Origin: Candidatus Latescibacterota bacterium
GTDB taxonomy: Bacteria; Latescibacterota; UBA2968; UBA8231
Length of the DNA: 64,000 nucleotides
Assembly: GCA_965217585.1 (NCBI GenBank)
Contig: OZ244561.1
Coordinates: 4,352,001-4,416,000, forward strand
Direction: 5' to 3'
The position numbers and the translations under genes are program-made. Positions 31,154-40,360 of this stretch are shown piece by piece; the first letter of the stretch is position 1, and each line of letters begins with the position of its first letter. A model generated the notes under the pieces. That model was not told where the DNA came from. It worked only from the letters and a program-made list of their open reading frames with translations, and searched no databases.

Positions 31154-34100
31154 TCACAAGCGCGTACTGACGATCCAATCCCGGTGCGACTTGGCAAATT
31201 GGAAGGCTTCTCGCGAAGCCCGTTTGTCCTCGTACAGGCCGATGACTTGGTCGTATACTTCGACGGCGTCTTTCCACTTGTTCAGTCCCTCCAGACACAC
31301 GCCCAAGTTGCTGAGAGATCCCAAGGCGCTCTCGGTCTCGGGGTAGCGCTCCATCACCTCCTCGAAAACCTCTATCGCCTCCTTGAAATAGCGCTGCTCT
31401 TTGGTCACATCGGCCGAATCCATCAGGGCCAGGCCCCGCTCGTAGAATTCGTAGGCCACCGACTCCTCCAACTCGGCGATCAGGCGGGGGACCTGCTCGG
31501 CCACCGGCGCGTCGGCGTAGCGCTCCCGCACCTTATTGTACGCGTCTATAGCCTCCTGATATGCCTGGCGGTTGTACGCGTAATCGCCCAGCGTAAACTG
31601 CGCCGAGGCGGCGAATTCGCTCTCGGGATAGCGGCGCAGCAATTCGGCCATGGCCTCCATGGCTTCTTCATCGCGCTTTAACTCGATGAGGCACCAGGCC
31701 TTGTTGTAGTGGGAGTTGTCCGCCGACGTCTCGGCGGGGAACTCGGCGAGGATGCGGTCGTACAGACCGAGCGCTGCGGCGAACTCCCCGAGCTGATAAT
31801 AACTTTCGGCCGCGCCAAAGAGCATATCCGGCAATTCGCGCGCTCGCGGGTAATCGCTCAACAGCCCGAGGAACTCGCGCTGGGCGTCCTCGAATTCGCG
31901 CATGCTGTAGTGCGCGTTGGCCAAGTAGAAGCGCACCAGTAGGTCCTGACTCGGCTCGAGGCCAGCCTGGCGCAGGGTGCCAAAGACTTCCTTGGCCCGG
32001 TCGAGCTGGTCTCGGTCGAAGTAGTGGATGCCCTGCGCCAAGCGCATATCCGTGGCGAATTCCGATTCGGGATACTGGTCTAGGACTCGGCCAAATACCT
32101 CGACCGCTTCATCCCCCCGCCCCAAACGCGAGAGGGCGTCCCCCAAAACGAAGTACGCACGCTCTCTGAGTAGGATGGTCTGACCGGGGCCCAATTCGTC
32201 GGCAAAGGACAAACCGAGCACTCGCCGGGCAAGGCGGACGGTCTGCCCGTAGTCGTCGCGCTCGTAGTACAGATCCATCATGCGGCCCAAGATTTCGGCC
32301 TGCTCCTCCGGGGTCTCGGCATTGGTCACCATATCGTCGAGGACCTGTATGGCCTCGCCGCCCCGGTCCTGTTTCAGGTAGGATAGGGACAGAGCGTTTT
32401 CCGCCGAGCGCACTTTCTCTGGGTCTTCGACATGGTCAATGATCCATCTGAAGTCCTCCTCGGCCAGGGAGTAGTTTTCCACGACAAAGGCCGTATTCCC
32501 CCGGCTGAAGCGCAACGCTTCTTCCAGCCTGCTGCCGCCCCGGACGTGCTCGAGGGCCTGCGAAAAGTGGTCGATGGACCGCGGGTACGCCCCCTCACCG
32601 CTATGCGCCTGTCCTATCAGATAGTGGAAACTAGCTCGCTGGCCAGCGTCGGCCCGCTCCAGACCCGCTATTAGGACTGGAATGGCCTCGGTTAACTGGC
32701 CCTGGGTCACCAGGGTATGGCCGCTGCCCAGCCGCGCTCGGGCAAAATGGGGCGACTCTGGGTCGACGGCCAAAAGAGCCTGGATGGCTCCATCTGGATC
32801 GCCCAAAGCTTGGCGAGCCAAGGCCAAGCGCATATAGGCGTCGGCGGCGTAATCGCTTTCCGGGAAGCGGTCCAACAATTGCCGCGCCCGCTGTGCTGCC
32901 GCCTCGTATTCGCCGCGTCCGTAGTACAGTTCGCCCAATTGCACCAAGGCGCGCTGCACATAGCCCCGGTCGCGTCCTTCCCCGACAATGGCTTCAAAAG
33001 TGCTCTGAGCCCGGTCGAGAGCCTCCTGACCACCCTGCGACTGGTGCGCTAGGGCGCGATTGAAACGGGCGTCCAAGCCATAGGGCGAGCCCTCATCGCT
33101 CAGCACGGTATCGTATTGGGCGATGGCCCGATCGAGCAAGTCGCTGGCACCGGCTTGGTCGTCCTCGCCCAGCCGCGCCTGGGCCATCTGCTGGTACGCG
33201 CTGCCGATGCGATAGCGCACCCGTTCGAGCGAAAAACCCGCGCCGCCGGCAATATCGCCATAGCCCCGGAGATAGATGCGGTATTCCTGGATCGCCTGCT
33301 CATATTGGCCGCGGGCGAAGAGGCGCTCGGCCAAGGCATATTGAATGCGCGCCCTCAGGGTGCGATCGGTCGATTGGTCAATGGCCTCGCGGTACGTCTG
33401 CAGGGCCGTCGCCAGATCGCCCTGCTCTTGGTAGAGATCGGCCATGCGCAAATAGGCCTCTTCGACCAGACGGCGCTCCGTGCTAAAGAGGGCGATCACC
33501 CGCCGATAGGCCGCCAGCCCCTCGTCGTACCGCCCCAGCTTGGTGAAACAATTGCCCACGCGAATCTCGGCCTTGGCCGCCAGCTCCAGCGCGGTTTCGT
33601 CGACCAGACCGGCCAGTTTCTCCCGCCGCATCTGATTGAGTTGCTCTTCGGTGAGTTCCTCGATGCGCTGGCCTTTGACTAGGCGGCGGTAGTGTTCAAT
33701 GGCCTGTAAGTACTCGCCCTGTTCCTGATAGGATTCACCTATCTGAAAGAGGCTGCGGTCGGCTTGGTAACCCGTGGGATAGAGTTCGAGCAACTCTTTG
33801 AAGGCGGCAATCGCCCGGGTGTAGTTCTGCATTTCGTAAAAGGCCCAGCCCCGGTTATAATAGCCGCCCACGGCTCGCGGCTCGCCCGGATAGGCCGCGA
33901 TCATGGCGTCGGCGGCCTCAATCACTTCGAGGTAGCGCCCGGCTTCAAAGTACAGATCGACCAGCCGGCCAAAGGCCTGGACGCGCAACACCTGGTTGGC
34001 GGCCGTTTCGCTGACCTGGCGGAAGGCCCTCACCGAGCGGGCAAAGGCGCTGTCGGCCTGCGCCTGAAAGCCCTCTCGGCGCTCCGGATCGCGCGCCTCC

Positions 34101-34402
34101 CCGGCAAAGCGGGAAAAATCGGTGAAGAGCTTGCTGTAAGCATTGCCAATCTGGTAATTGGCGGCTTCCAGCACGGGAAAACTCTCCGATCCCACGCTCA
34201 CCGAGATCTTCTGTGTATCGAGCAAGCGGCTGCGCACCTGCAGGACTTCCTCATAGCGGACAATGGCCTGATCGTACGCGCCCTCGGCGTAAAATGCCTG
34301 GGCGTCGCGGAAGGAAGCCACCAAATCGTCCCGGTTCGGGGTGCGCGCGGCAAACTGCGTCCCGAGGACCGTGACCAGAGCTAGGACAAGGACGAGATTC
34401 AT
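31154..34402 (-). CDS. Large exported tetratricopeptide repeat protein
   Basis: Signal peptide; many TPR units of the A...F..LL..YP.S type; SD AGGAGG before ATG 34402. Confidence 0.9.
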   Translation of the reverse strand: MNLVLVLALVTVLGTQFAARTPNRDDLVASFRDAQAFYAEGAYDQAIVRYEEVLQVRSRLLDTQKISVSVGSESFPVLEAANYQIGNAYSKLFTDFSRFAGEARDPERREGFQAQADSAFARSVRAFRQVSETAANQVLRVQAFGRLVDLYFEAGRYLEVIEAADAMIAAYPGEPRAVGGYYNRGWAFYEMQNYTRAIAAFKELLELYPTGYQADRSLFQIGESYQEQGEYLQAIEHYRRLVKGQRIEELTEEQLNQMRREKLAGLVDETALELAAKAEIRVGNCFTKLGRYDEGLAAYRRVIALFSTERRLVEEAYLRMADLYQEQGDLATALQTYREAIDQSTDRTLRARIQYALAERLFARGQYEQAIQEYRIYLRGYGDIAGGAGFSLERVRYRIGSAYQQMAQARLGEDDQAGASDLLDRAIAQYDTVLSDEGSPYGLDARFNRALAHQSQGGQEALDRAQSTFEAIVGEGRDRGYVQRALVQLGELYYGRGEYEAAAQRARQLLDRFPESDYAADAYMRLALARQALGDPDGAIQALLAVDPESPHFARARLGSGHTLVTQGQLTEAIPVLIAGLERADAGQRASFHYLIGQAHSGEGAYPRSIDHFSQALEHVRGGSRLEEALRFSRGNTAFVVENYSLAEEDFRWIIDHVEDPEKVRSAENALSLSYLKQDRGGEAIQVLDDMVTNAETPEEQAEILGRMMDLYYERDDYGQTVRLARRVLGLSFADELGPGQTILLRERAYFVLGDALSRLGRGDEAVEVFGRVLDQYPESEFATDMRLAQGIHYFDRDQLDRAKEVFGTLRQAGLEPSQDLLVRFYLANAHYSMREFEDAQREFLGLLSDYPRARELPDMLFGAAESYYQLGEFAAALGLYDRILAEFPAETSADNSHYNKAWCLIELKRDEEAMEAMAELLRRYPESEFAASAQFTLGDYAYNRQAYQEAIDAYNKVRERYADAPVAEQVPRLIAELEESVAYEFYERGLALMDSADVTKEQRYFKEAIEVFEEVMERYPETESALGSLSNLGVCLEGLNKWKDAVEVYDQVIGLYEDKRASREAFQFAKSHRDWIVSTRL

Positions 34403-34436
34403 GTGCCGATGCCTCCTGTGGAAAAGTAAAAGCTCA

Positions 34437-37400
34437 TCACTCGTATTCAAATCCCAGAATCACATTTATATAGGCGGCGATAAATTCCACATTGGCCTCG
34501 TCAGCCACATCCAGATCGTCGAACTCCTTGACGCGGCGGCGGAGACCCATATTGGTCGAGATCAGATAGCCGAAGTACTTTGAATCGTTGGTCACCATAA
34601 ACACAATATCGCTCTGCTCGAAGTCCCGGCGCGCGTCGGCCAGATCGTTCACGCTGTAGGGGAGCAGCGACCCCAGTCCCTGGACGCCGAGTTGGAATCG
34701 GGTTCGGCTGGTCAGGCGGTACTCCAGCTTGGTCAGCGGGATCAGATTGCGCTCGTGCAGGGTGGGCAACTCCAGGCTGCGTCGCCACTCTTTGAGGTAG
34801 CGGAATTTGAAACCGGCGAAAAGGGTCAACTGATCGGCCAGCGGCCAAGTATAGTCGACCTTGTGCACCATGGCCCAGCGGCTCAGACGCTCGCTCTCTT
34901 GGAAGGTGCCGTCGAAGAGTTCGCCCTCGCGCTGGGCATTGATCTCGTACTTGACTTTATTGCGCATATTGAGCCGGGGGATCGCATTCCAACGGGCGTC
35001 GGTGAAAAAGCGCAAATATCTGCTGGCCTTGAAGAGCAGTGGATCATAGCGCTCCTCTTCGACAAAGGGGGCGAGCTGGATATTGCGCTGGAAGCCCGGG
35101 AAATCGAGTTCGAATAGTTCGGCCGTGGTCAGCACCCGGTCGCTGTACACGCTCAGCGGATCCTCCACCCCGTCCTCAACTTCCTCCAGCGAGGCAACGG
35201 CAAAAAACTGGCCCACCGCCGGTACTTTGCGCCAGTAGGTCAAGCGGGTGTAGAGTACGTCGCTGGGGGCCCCGCCGGCATTCTGTGCGGCATCCATCAA
35301 GCCCACGGACCAAGTCAGACCGGGCGCTGGGTTGAACTGGCCGTACACGTGCAGCCCGCGCAAGTCGGGATCGTACGGATAATCCGGGTCGGTGTCGTTC
35401 TCGCGCGCGTCGAGGAAGTCGTTGTGGTTCATGTCGAGGTCGTAGTCGTAGACCTGGGCGTCGACATCGTACATGAGGAAGGGCTCGATATCGTCCGGCG
35501 TGCCGTTGATGTTCTTGTTCTGGTCTGGATAGCCGTCGTGGTCCTCGTCCAGGCCCGGGAAAATGCCGTCGATGTCGGACTGGCCCAGGAAGAACATGCC
35601 CGGACTGGCGTGGTTGGTGTACCAGCTATCGGGGAAGCGATCGTTGTCGTCGTTGTCCTCGACCAACCGGTGGATGAGGGCGTCGTTCTGGGTGATCAGA
35701 CTCCCCGTACAGCAACCTTCGTCGCGGCCGATAAAAGAGCGCAGCTCAGTATTGTAGTGCGGCCCGATAGAAAAGTATTCGCCGCCGAAGCCCCACAGCG
35801 GAAAGTCGCGCTTCACCGTGACGTAGAAGGCGTTGTCGCTGATAGTGCCGCGCTTGCCGGGACGCACCTCGCGGTCGAGGGCGTTGATGCTGAGCGCGTC
35901 CCTGGGCACCCGCACCCCGGGAGGACCGCTCACGTACTGGGAATAGCTGTTGCTGCGGGCGAATTCGGCGTTGATCTCAAAACCCTTGAGCACGCCGTAC
36001 ACATTGGCGCTGTACAGGCGCACCCCTGTGGGCGTGCCGGCCCGGACCCGCACCCGCTCGACCGGCTCCTGCGGCGATGGCGTGCCGTCGGCCCGCGCCA
36101 CCGTGCGGAAGAAGGAGGCATAGCGGTACTTGTCGCGGTAATTCGAGTCGGGCTCGTTGGGCTGTATACCCCCGATATCGATCTCCGACAGTTCGACGTG
36201 GTAATCGCCCGAGATGAACAGGTCGACGTCGACCGACTCGATCCACTCGCCAAAGGGCTCCAGATCGACGTAGAGAATGCCGTACTCCCGGCCGTCAAAG
36301 GCCTGCGGCAGATCGGCCCGGGTGTGCAGACCGAGAAACTGTCCATCGGGGTTTTCCGCGCTGCGCTCGGCCTCTTCGTGGGCGAACTGCTCGTGCACGG
36401 TGATGGGGTCTTCGTCCTCGCGCTCGGCGTTGATCGCGTAGTCCGGGCCGAACAACTTGAAGTCGCGGTAGTAGAGGTGGGCGATCCAGAAGGGGAACTC
36501 GTAGCCCCGGTAATAGACATCCGCGTCAAAGGCCGCGTAATTAATGTACGGGTCGTACGTGCTAGCGATGGCACCCCGGTTGATCGACTGGTAGTCGTTG
36601 CCGGTGCGGGGAAGGGGCTTGCGCTCGCCCGAACGGAGCAGATCCTGGGCGTAGGGCTGGCGCTCGGCCCCGCGCGTATCCAAGCGGACGATGAAGGGCT
36701 CGAGTTCTGGCTGTAACTCGCCGTTGACATATACGTCCACTCGGTGCAGCACCGCCCCGGTCACCCCCAGGCCGGGGGCGTCGTCGGCAATGCGGATGGC
36801 CAGCAGGGCCGGGGCGTTCTGGGCCGCCCCAGCCACCCCTTTGAAGGACAGGTCGTTGCTCGACATCAGCGGCTCGAATTGGTGGGCGTTGACAAAAGTG
36901 CCGCCAAAGTGGAGAAAACCCACTTGGCGCTCGTAGTGCGCCCCGCCGATGAGAGCACCGGGGATGACCCCGCCGCCGCCCGTGTGGCGGTTTCTCGAAA
37001 TCAGGGCCGAGAAACTGTCCCGCCCGGTGCCCATGTCGAACCGCAAACCGTCGAGATTGGCCATCTTGAAGGTCAGGGGCGTAAATTTGGTGCGAATCTC
37101 ATTGGCCCAGATGACCTTGGCCTGCCAAGCGTCGGTGCCGTCCGTGCCCACAATGACATTGTTGAACAGCCGTCCAAAGGCGACCCCGGCCTGACCGTGG
37201 CTCCCCCCTTCGCCTATGGAGGAGAATCCGCGCTGGGCGCCCAGTCCCCGGCGCTCCCGCCAGTTGACCGAGTTCGAGCCGTAGATGAGGAAATCTCCTA
37301 AATCGCTGTAATAGGGCCGCAGCGTATTGGTAAAGGGTGGCAGCCGGGGGTATTCGGCAAAGCCGTAATTCTGGTAGAGCGTCTCGTCGTAGCGCCCCAC

Positions 37401-37565
37401 AAAGCTCTGGTCGGGCATGAGCCGCTGCGGCCCCAAGGTGGGCTGCTCTGGGGTGTCTTCTGCCGACTGGGCCCCCAAACCCCCGGCCAGCAGCAGGGCC
37501 GCCCCCAGCCACGCACAGGCGAGCTTGGCCAATTGGTCAATGCCGATGATCACTTGCCGTCTCAT
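34437..37565 (-). CDS. Large exported (probable outer-membrane) protein with Asp-rich repeats, paralog C
   Basis: Signal peptide; IRTKFTPLTF, VEDNDDNDRFPD, GIFPGLDEDHDG and RENDTDPDYPYD motifs; amphipathic beta-strand C-terminus ending GFEYE. Confidence 0.8.
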   Translation of the reverse strand: MRRQVIIGIDQLAKLACAWLGAALLLAGGLGAQSAEDTPEQPTLGPQRLMPDQSFVGRYDETLYQNYGFAEYPRLPPFTNTLRPYYSDLGDFLIYGSNSVNWRERRGLGAQRGFSSIGEGGSHGQAGVAFGRLFNNVIVGTDGTDAWQAKVIWANEIRTKFTPLTFKMANLDGLRFDMGTGRDSFSALISRNRHTGGGGVIPGALIGGAHYERQVGFLHFGGTFVNAHQFEPLMSSNDLSFKGVAGAAQNAPALLAIRIADDAPGLGVTGAVLHRVDVYVNGELQPELEPFIVRLDTRGAERQPYAQDLLRSGERKPLPRTGNDYQSINRGAIASTYDPYINYAAFDADVYYRGYEFPFWIAHLYYRDFKLFGPDYAINAEREDEDPITVHEQFAHEEAERSAENPDGQFLGLHTRADLPQAFDGREYGILYVDLEPFGEWIESVDVDLFISGDYHVELSEIDIGGIQPNEPDSNYRDKYRYASFFRTVARADGTPSPQEPVERVRVRAGTPTGVRLYSANVYGVLKGFEINAEFARSNSYSQYVSGPPGVRVPRDALSINALDREVRPGKRGTISDNAFYVTVKRDFPLWGFGGEYFSIGPHYNTELRSFIGRDEGCCTGSLITQNDALIHRLVEDNDDNDRFPDSWYTNHASPGMFFLGQSDIDGIFPGLDEDHDGYPDQNKNINGTPDDIEPFLMYDVDAQVYDYDLDMNHNDFLDARENDTDPDYPYDPDLRGLHVYGQFNPAPGLTWSVGLMDAAQNAGGAPSDVLYTRLTYWRKVPAVGQFFAVASLEEVEDGVEDPLSVYSDRVLTTAELFELDFPGFQRNIQLAPFVEEERYDPLLFKASRYLRFFTDARWNAIPRLNMRNKVKYEINAQREGELFDGTFQESERLSRWAMVHKVDYTWPLADQLTLFAGFKFRYLKEWRRSLELPTLHERNLIPLTKLEYRLTSRTRFQLGVQGLGSLLPYSVNDLADARRDFEQSDIVFMVTNDSKYFGYLISTNMGLRRRVKEFDDLDVADEANVEFIAAYINVILGFEYE

Positions 37566-37566
37566 A

Positions 37567-40359
37567 TCAAAACAGGGGTCTCAGGCCGGCGATCATGCGC
37601 AGGAAAACGCGCGAAAAGTCGATACCCTGGTCGTGGCGCGACCGGTCCTTGAACTTGCGTGTGCTCCTCTGATAACCCACTTCGACATTGATCTGGTAGC
37701 CCGTGTACGAGGATTTGTTGGTCACCAAGGCCACGTAGTCCTCCCCGTCGAAATCCGCTCCCGGAGCCGCCTTGTTGCGATACAGGCTCTTGAGAAAGGG
37801 CAAACCCTGGGTGCCCACCTTCACGGAGGTGCGTTTCGAAATCGGGTACTCCATCCGCAAGATGGGATAGACGAAGTCCTCTTCAATCGGCAGTACTTGG
37901 CCCTCGTCGTCGAGGCGCTGGCGCAACCACTTGAACTGCAGCATCACCCCCAACTGCTTCCACGGCATCCACAGATAATCGGCCTTGAAGACCGTGGCCA
38001 GATCGGCGATGCGGTTGTCCGGCTGGAGGGGCGTGCGGCGCTGGAAGTTATTTTCCGACTTCAGGCTCACCTCGACATTGAGATTGGACACGCGGATGAA
38101 GCGGGTGCGCATATAGAAGGTATTGACCCAACTATCGCGCATCAGCAGTGGATCGACCAGCAGCCGCGATGTGCCCAGCGGATGGCGCAATTCCTCCTGG
38201 GTGGGCAGGCGCAAGGGGATTATATCCGGGGTGAAGTATATGGGATCGCGCCCCAGGCCAAAGACTTCGTCCGCAATCTCGTCCCGCACCCTCTTGAGCC
38301 GCTCGACAGCGTAGATCTCAACCAGGAAGGGCAGGCGGCGTTCGTGCTCGTAGCGGCCGTAGTACACTTCGGCCTGATCGCCGCCAAAGGGCGCCCAGGT
38401 CCGGTGGTAGCCCAGGGTCACTTTCATGCCCGAACGCGGCCGGTAGCTACCAAAGCCGTGCAGCCCTCGTCGGTCCTGGTCGTACGGGTAATCGGGCTTC
38501 AAATCGTCTTCGCGCTCGTCGATGACGCCGTTGTTATTGGTATCTTCGCCGTAGTCGTACGCGTCGGGATTGACCCCGTAGAGCAGGAAGGCTTCGTAGT
38601 AGTCTGGGATGCGGTTGTTGTTCTCGTTGATATCGGGCCGGCCATTCAAATCGGCGTCGAGTCCAGGGAAGATGCCGTCGGGATCCTCGATGAAACGCCC
38701 GCCCGCCAGGCTGGTGGTTTTACGCAGGAAAAAGGTGTCGGGGAAGGGGTCTTTGTCGTCGTTGTCGTCCACTGTATCAAATTCGAGGGTGCGGGTGGCG
38801 TCGGCCCGGTTGGGGCCGAGGAAATCCGGCAGTCTGGGCTCCTGGAAATTGGTGGGGAACTGGAAGGGGCTGTTGATCAACTGGAAATAGGTCTGGTACG
38901 AGTCATCCTGCACGGACAGGCGGGTGGTGTACTCAGCGTCTATGTTAAAGGCTTCGCCGCCCAAACTGAAGCGCCCGAGATCGCGCCGCAGTACGGCGAA
39001 CCAAGCCTGGCTCTGATCGAGCTGGTGCCGGCCCAGGGTGCCCAGCAGGGCCGGATAGGCGCGGTACGAGAAATTGCGCACGTACTCAGTCCGCAGCGAG
39101 TACCCCTTGATGTCTATATTGGCATGCACGCTAGCTAGGGTGCGCCCGGTCTCCCGGCCGTAGCGCACTCGCACTCGGCGGAAATTGTCGAGGTTGTCGG
39201 GCTTGCCCTGCGCCTGCCCGGCGGGGTAGAAATAGGTCGCGGGGTTAAAAGAGGCCCCATCGAATATCTCCGACAATTCGAGCAGATAATCCCCGGCCAC
39301 GTCGATCTCTATAGCGGCTTTGTTGACGATGAGGGTATCGAGCCCGTCGATAAAGGAGGAAGGCACCTGGAACCAGAACAGCAGCGACCCCTCGCCCCGA
39401 GTTTCATAAACTCCCTGCGGGGTCGGCTCGATGTGTGGAAAGTTGATGGCTAGGTCGTTGCTCGAGTCGCGGAAAATCGGCGGAATGATGGTGCGGTCCG
39501 GGTGTTCGGTGACCGTGAGTCGCAACGCGCCCGTGTCGAGTTTGTTGTAGGGTCCGAGCACGTGCTCCAAGCGGCGGCCGTTGAGCGCGACGCCCGCCCT
39601 GCGGACCCGCACGCCGATGGCGTCGTTGGGGTCTTGGTCGGCCACGCGCAACACCAGCCACAGGGGGGGAGCCCCGGTGGTGGGCAGGGTCCCTTTGAAG
39701 CTGTTCTCGCCGAGCGTCTTAAAACTGTCGGTGCGGTACTGGTTGACCCAGCTCACGCCCAGATCCAGGCCCGGCCGCTTGGTGCGCAGGTCGGCGCCCA
39801 GCAAATAGGTACTCCACGACGGCCTGAACTGCGAACCCTCGCGGCCGTGGACCACGAAGTCAGCATTTCTGATGGCCTCGAAAATGGGTCGATCGACGCG
39901 CGATACAGCCAGCACCAGCGAGGCGTTCTTGAAGTTGCTGTCCACCCGGAGCCCGTTCATAGCCGCCAAGTCGAGGGTCAGCGGAGTGAATTTGGTGCGG
40001 ATGCGATCGCCGATAATCAGGCGGGTGTCCACGCCTTTGTACGAGTCGTTGGCAATGACTAGGCGATTGAGAAAATCACCGTATTGCCGCTCCTTGCCGA
40101 TGATGCTTCCGGGCGTGGTCTGCAAGGTGCGGAATTCCTGCAGTTCAAAGACATTGACCCCGTTCATCACGAACTGCCCCATATTGTCGAACTGCGGCGT
40201 GCGATCGCGGCCGAATACCAGACTCTCATACGGCCGGTATCCCTCGTACGCATAGTTGCGGTACGGCTCGGTGTTGCGGATGATCAACTGGGCATCCACT
40301 GCCGCGCCGCACGCTAGGGCCAGGGCCAGGAAGGCTAGATGTCGGTTCGCGCCGCGCAT
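37567..40359 (-). CDS. Large exported (probable outer-membrane) protein with Asp-rich repeats, paralog B
   Basis: GDRIRTKFTPLTL, VDDNDDKDPFPD, GIFPGLDADLNG, REDDLKPDYPYD and GTQGLPFL motifs. Confidence 0.8.
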   Translation of the reverse strand: MRGANRHLAFLALALACGAAVDAQLIIRNTEPYRNYAYEGYRPYESLVFGRDRTPQFDNMGQFVMNGVNVFELQEFRTLQTTPGSIIGKERQYGDFLNRLVIANDSYKGVDTRLIIGDRIRTKFTPLTLDLAAMNGLRVDSNFKNASLVLAVSRVDRPIFEAIRNADFVVHGREGSQFRPSWSTYLLGADLRTKRPGLDLGVSWVNQYRTDSFKTLGENSFKGTLPTTGAPPLWLVLRVADQDPNDAIGVRVRRAGVALNGRRLEHVLGPYNKLDTGALRLTVTEHPDRTIIPPIFRDSSNDLAINFPHIEPTPQGVYETRGEGSLLFWFQVPSSFIDGLDTLIVNKAAIEIDVAGDYLLELSEIFDGASFNPATYFYPAGQAQGKPDNLDNFRRVRVRYGRETGRTLASVHANIDIKGYSLRTEYVRNFSYRAYPALLGTLGRHQLDQSQAWFAVLRRDLGRFSLGGEAFNIDAEYTTRLSVQDDSYQTYFQLINSPFQFPTNFQEPRLPDFLGPNRADATRTLEFDTVDDNDDKDPFPDTFFLRKTTSLAGGRFIEDPDGIFPGLDADLNGRPDINENNNRIPDYYEAFLLYGVNPDAYDYGEDTNNNGVIDEREDDLKPDYPYDQDRRGLHGFGSYRPRSGMKVTLGYHRTWAPFGGDQAEVYYGRYEHERRLPFLVEIYAVERLKRVRDEIADEVFGLGRDPIYFTPDIIPLRLPTQEELRHPLGTSRLLVDPLLMRDSWVNTFYMRTRFIRVSNLNVEVSLKSENNFQRRTPLQPDNRIADLATVFKADYLWMPWKQLGVMLQFKWLRQRLDDEGQVLPIEEDFVYPILRMEYPISKRTSVKVGTQGLPFLKSLYRNKAAPGADFDGEDYVALVTNKSSYTGYQINVEVGYQRSTRKFKDRSRHDQGIDFSRVFLRMIAGLRPLF

Positions 40360-40360
40360 A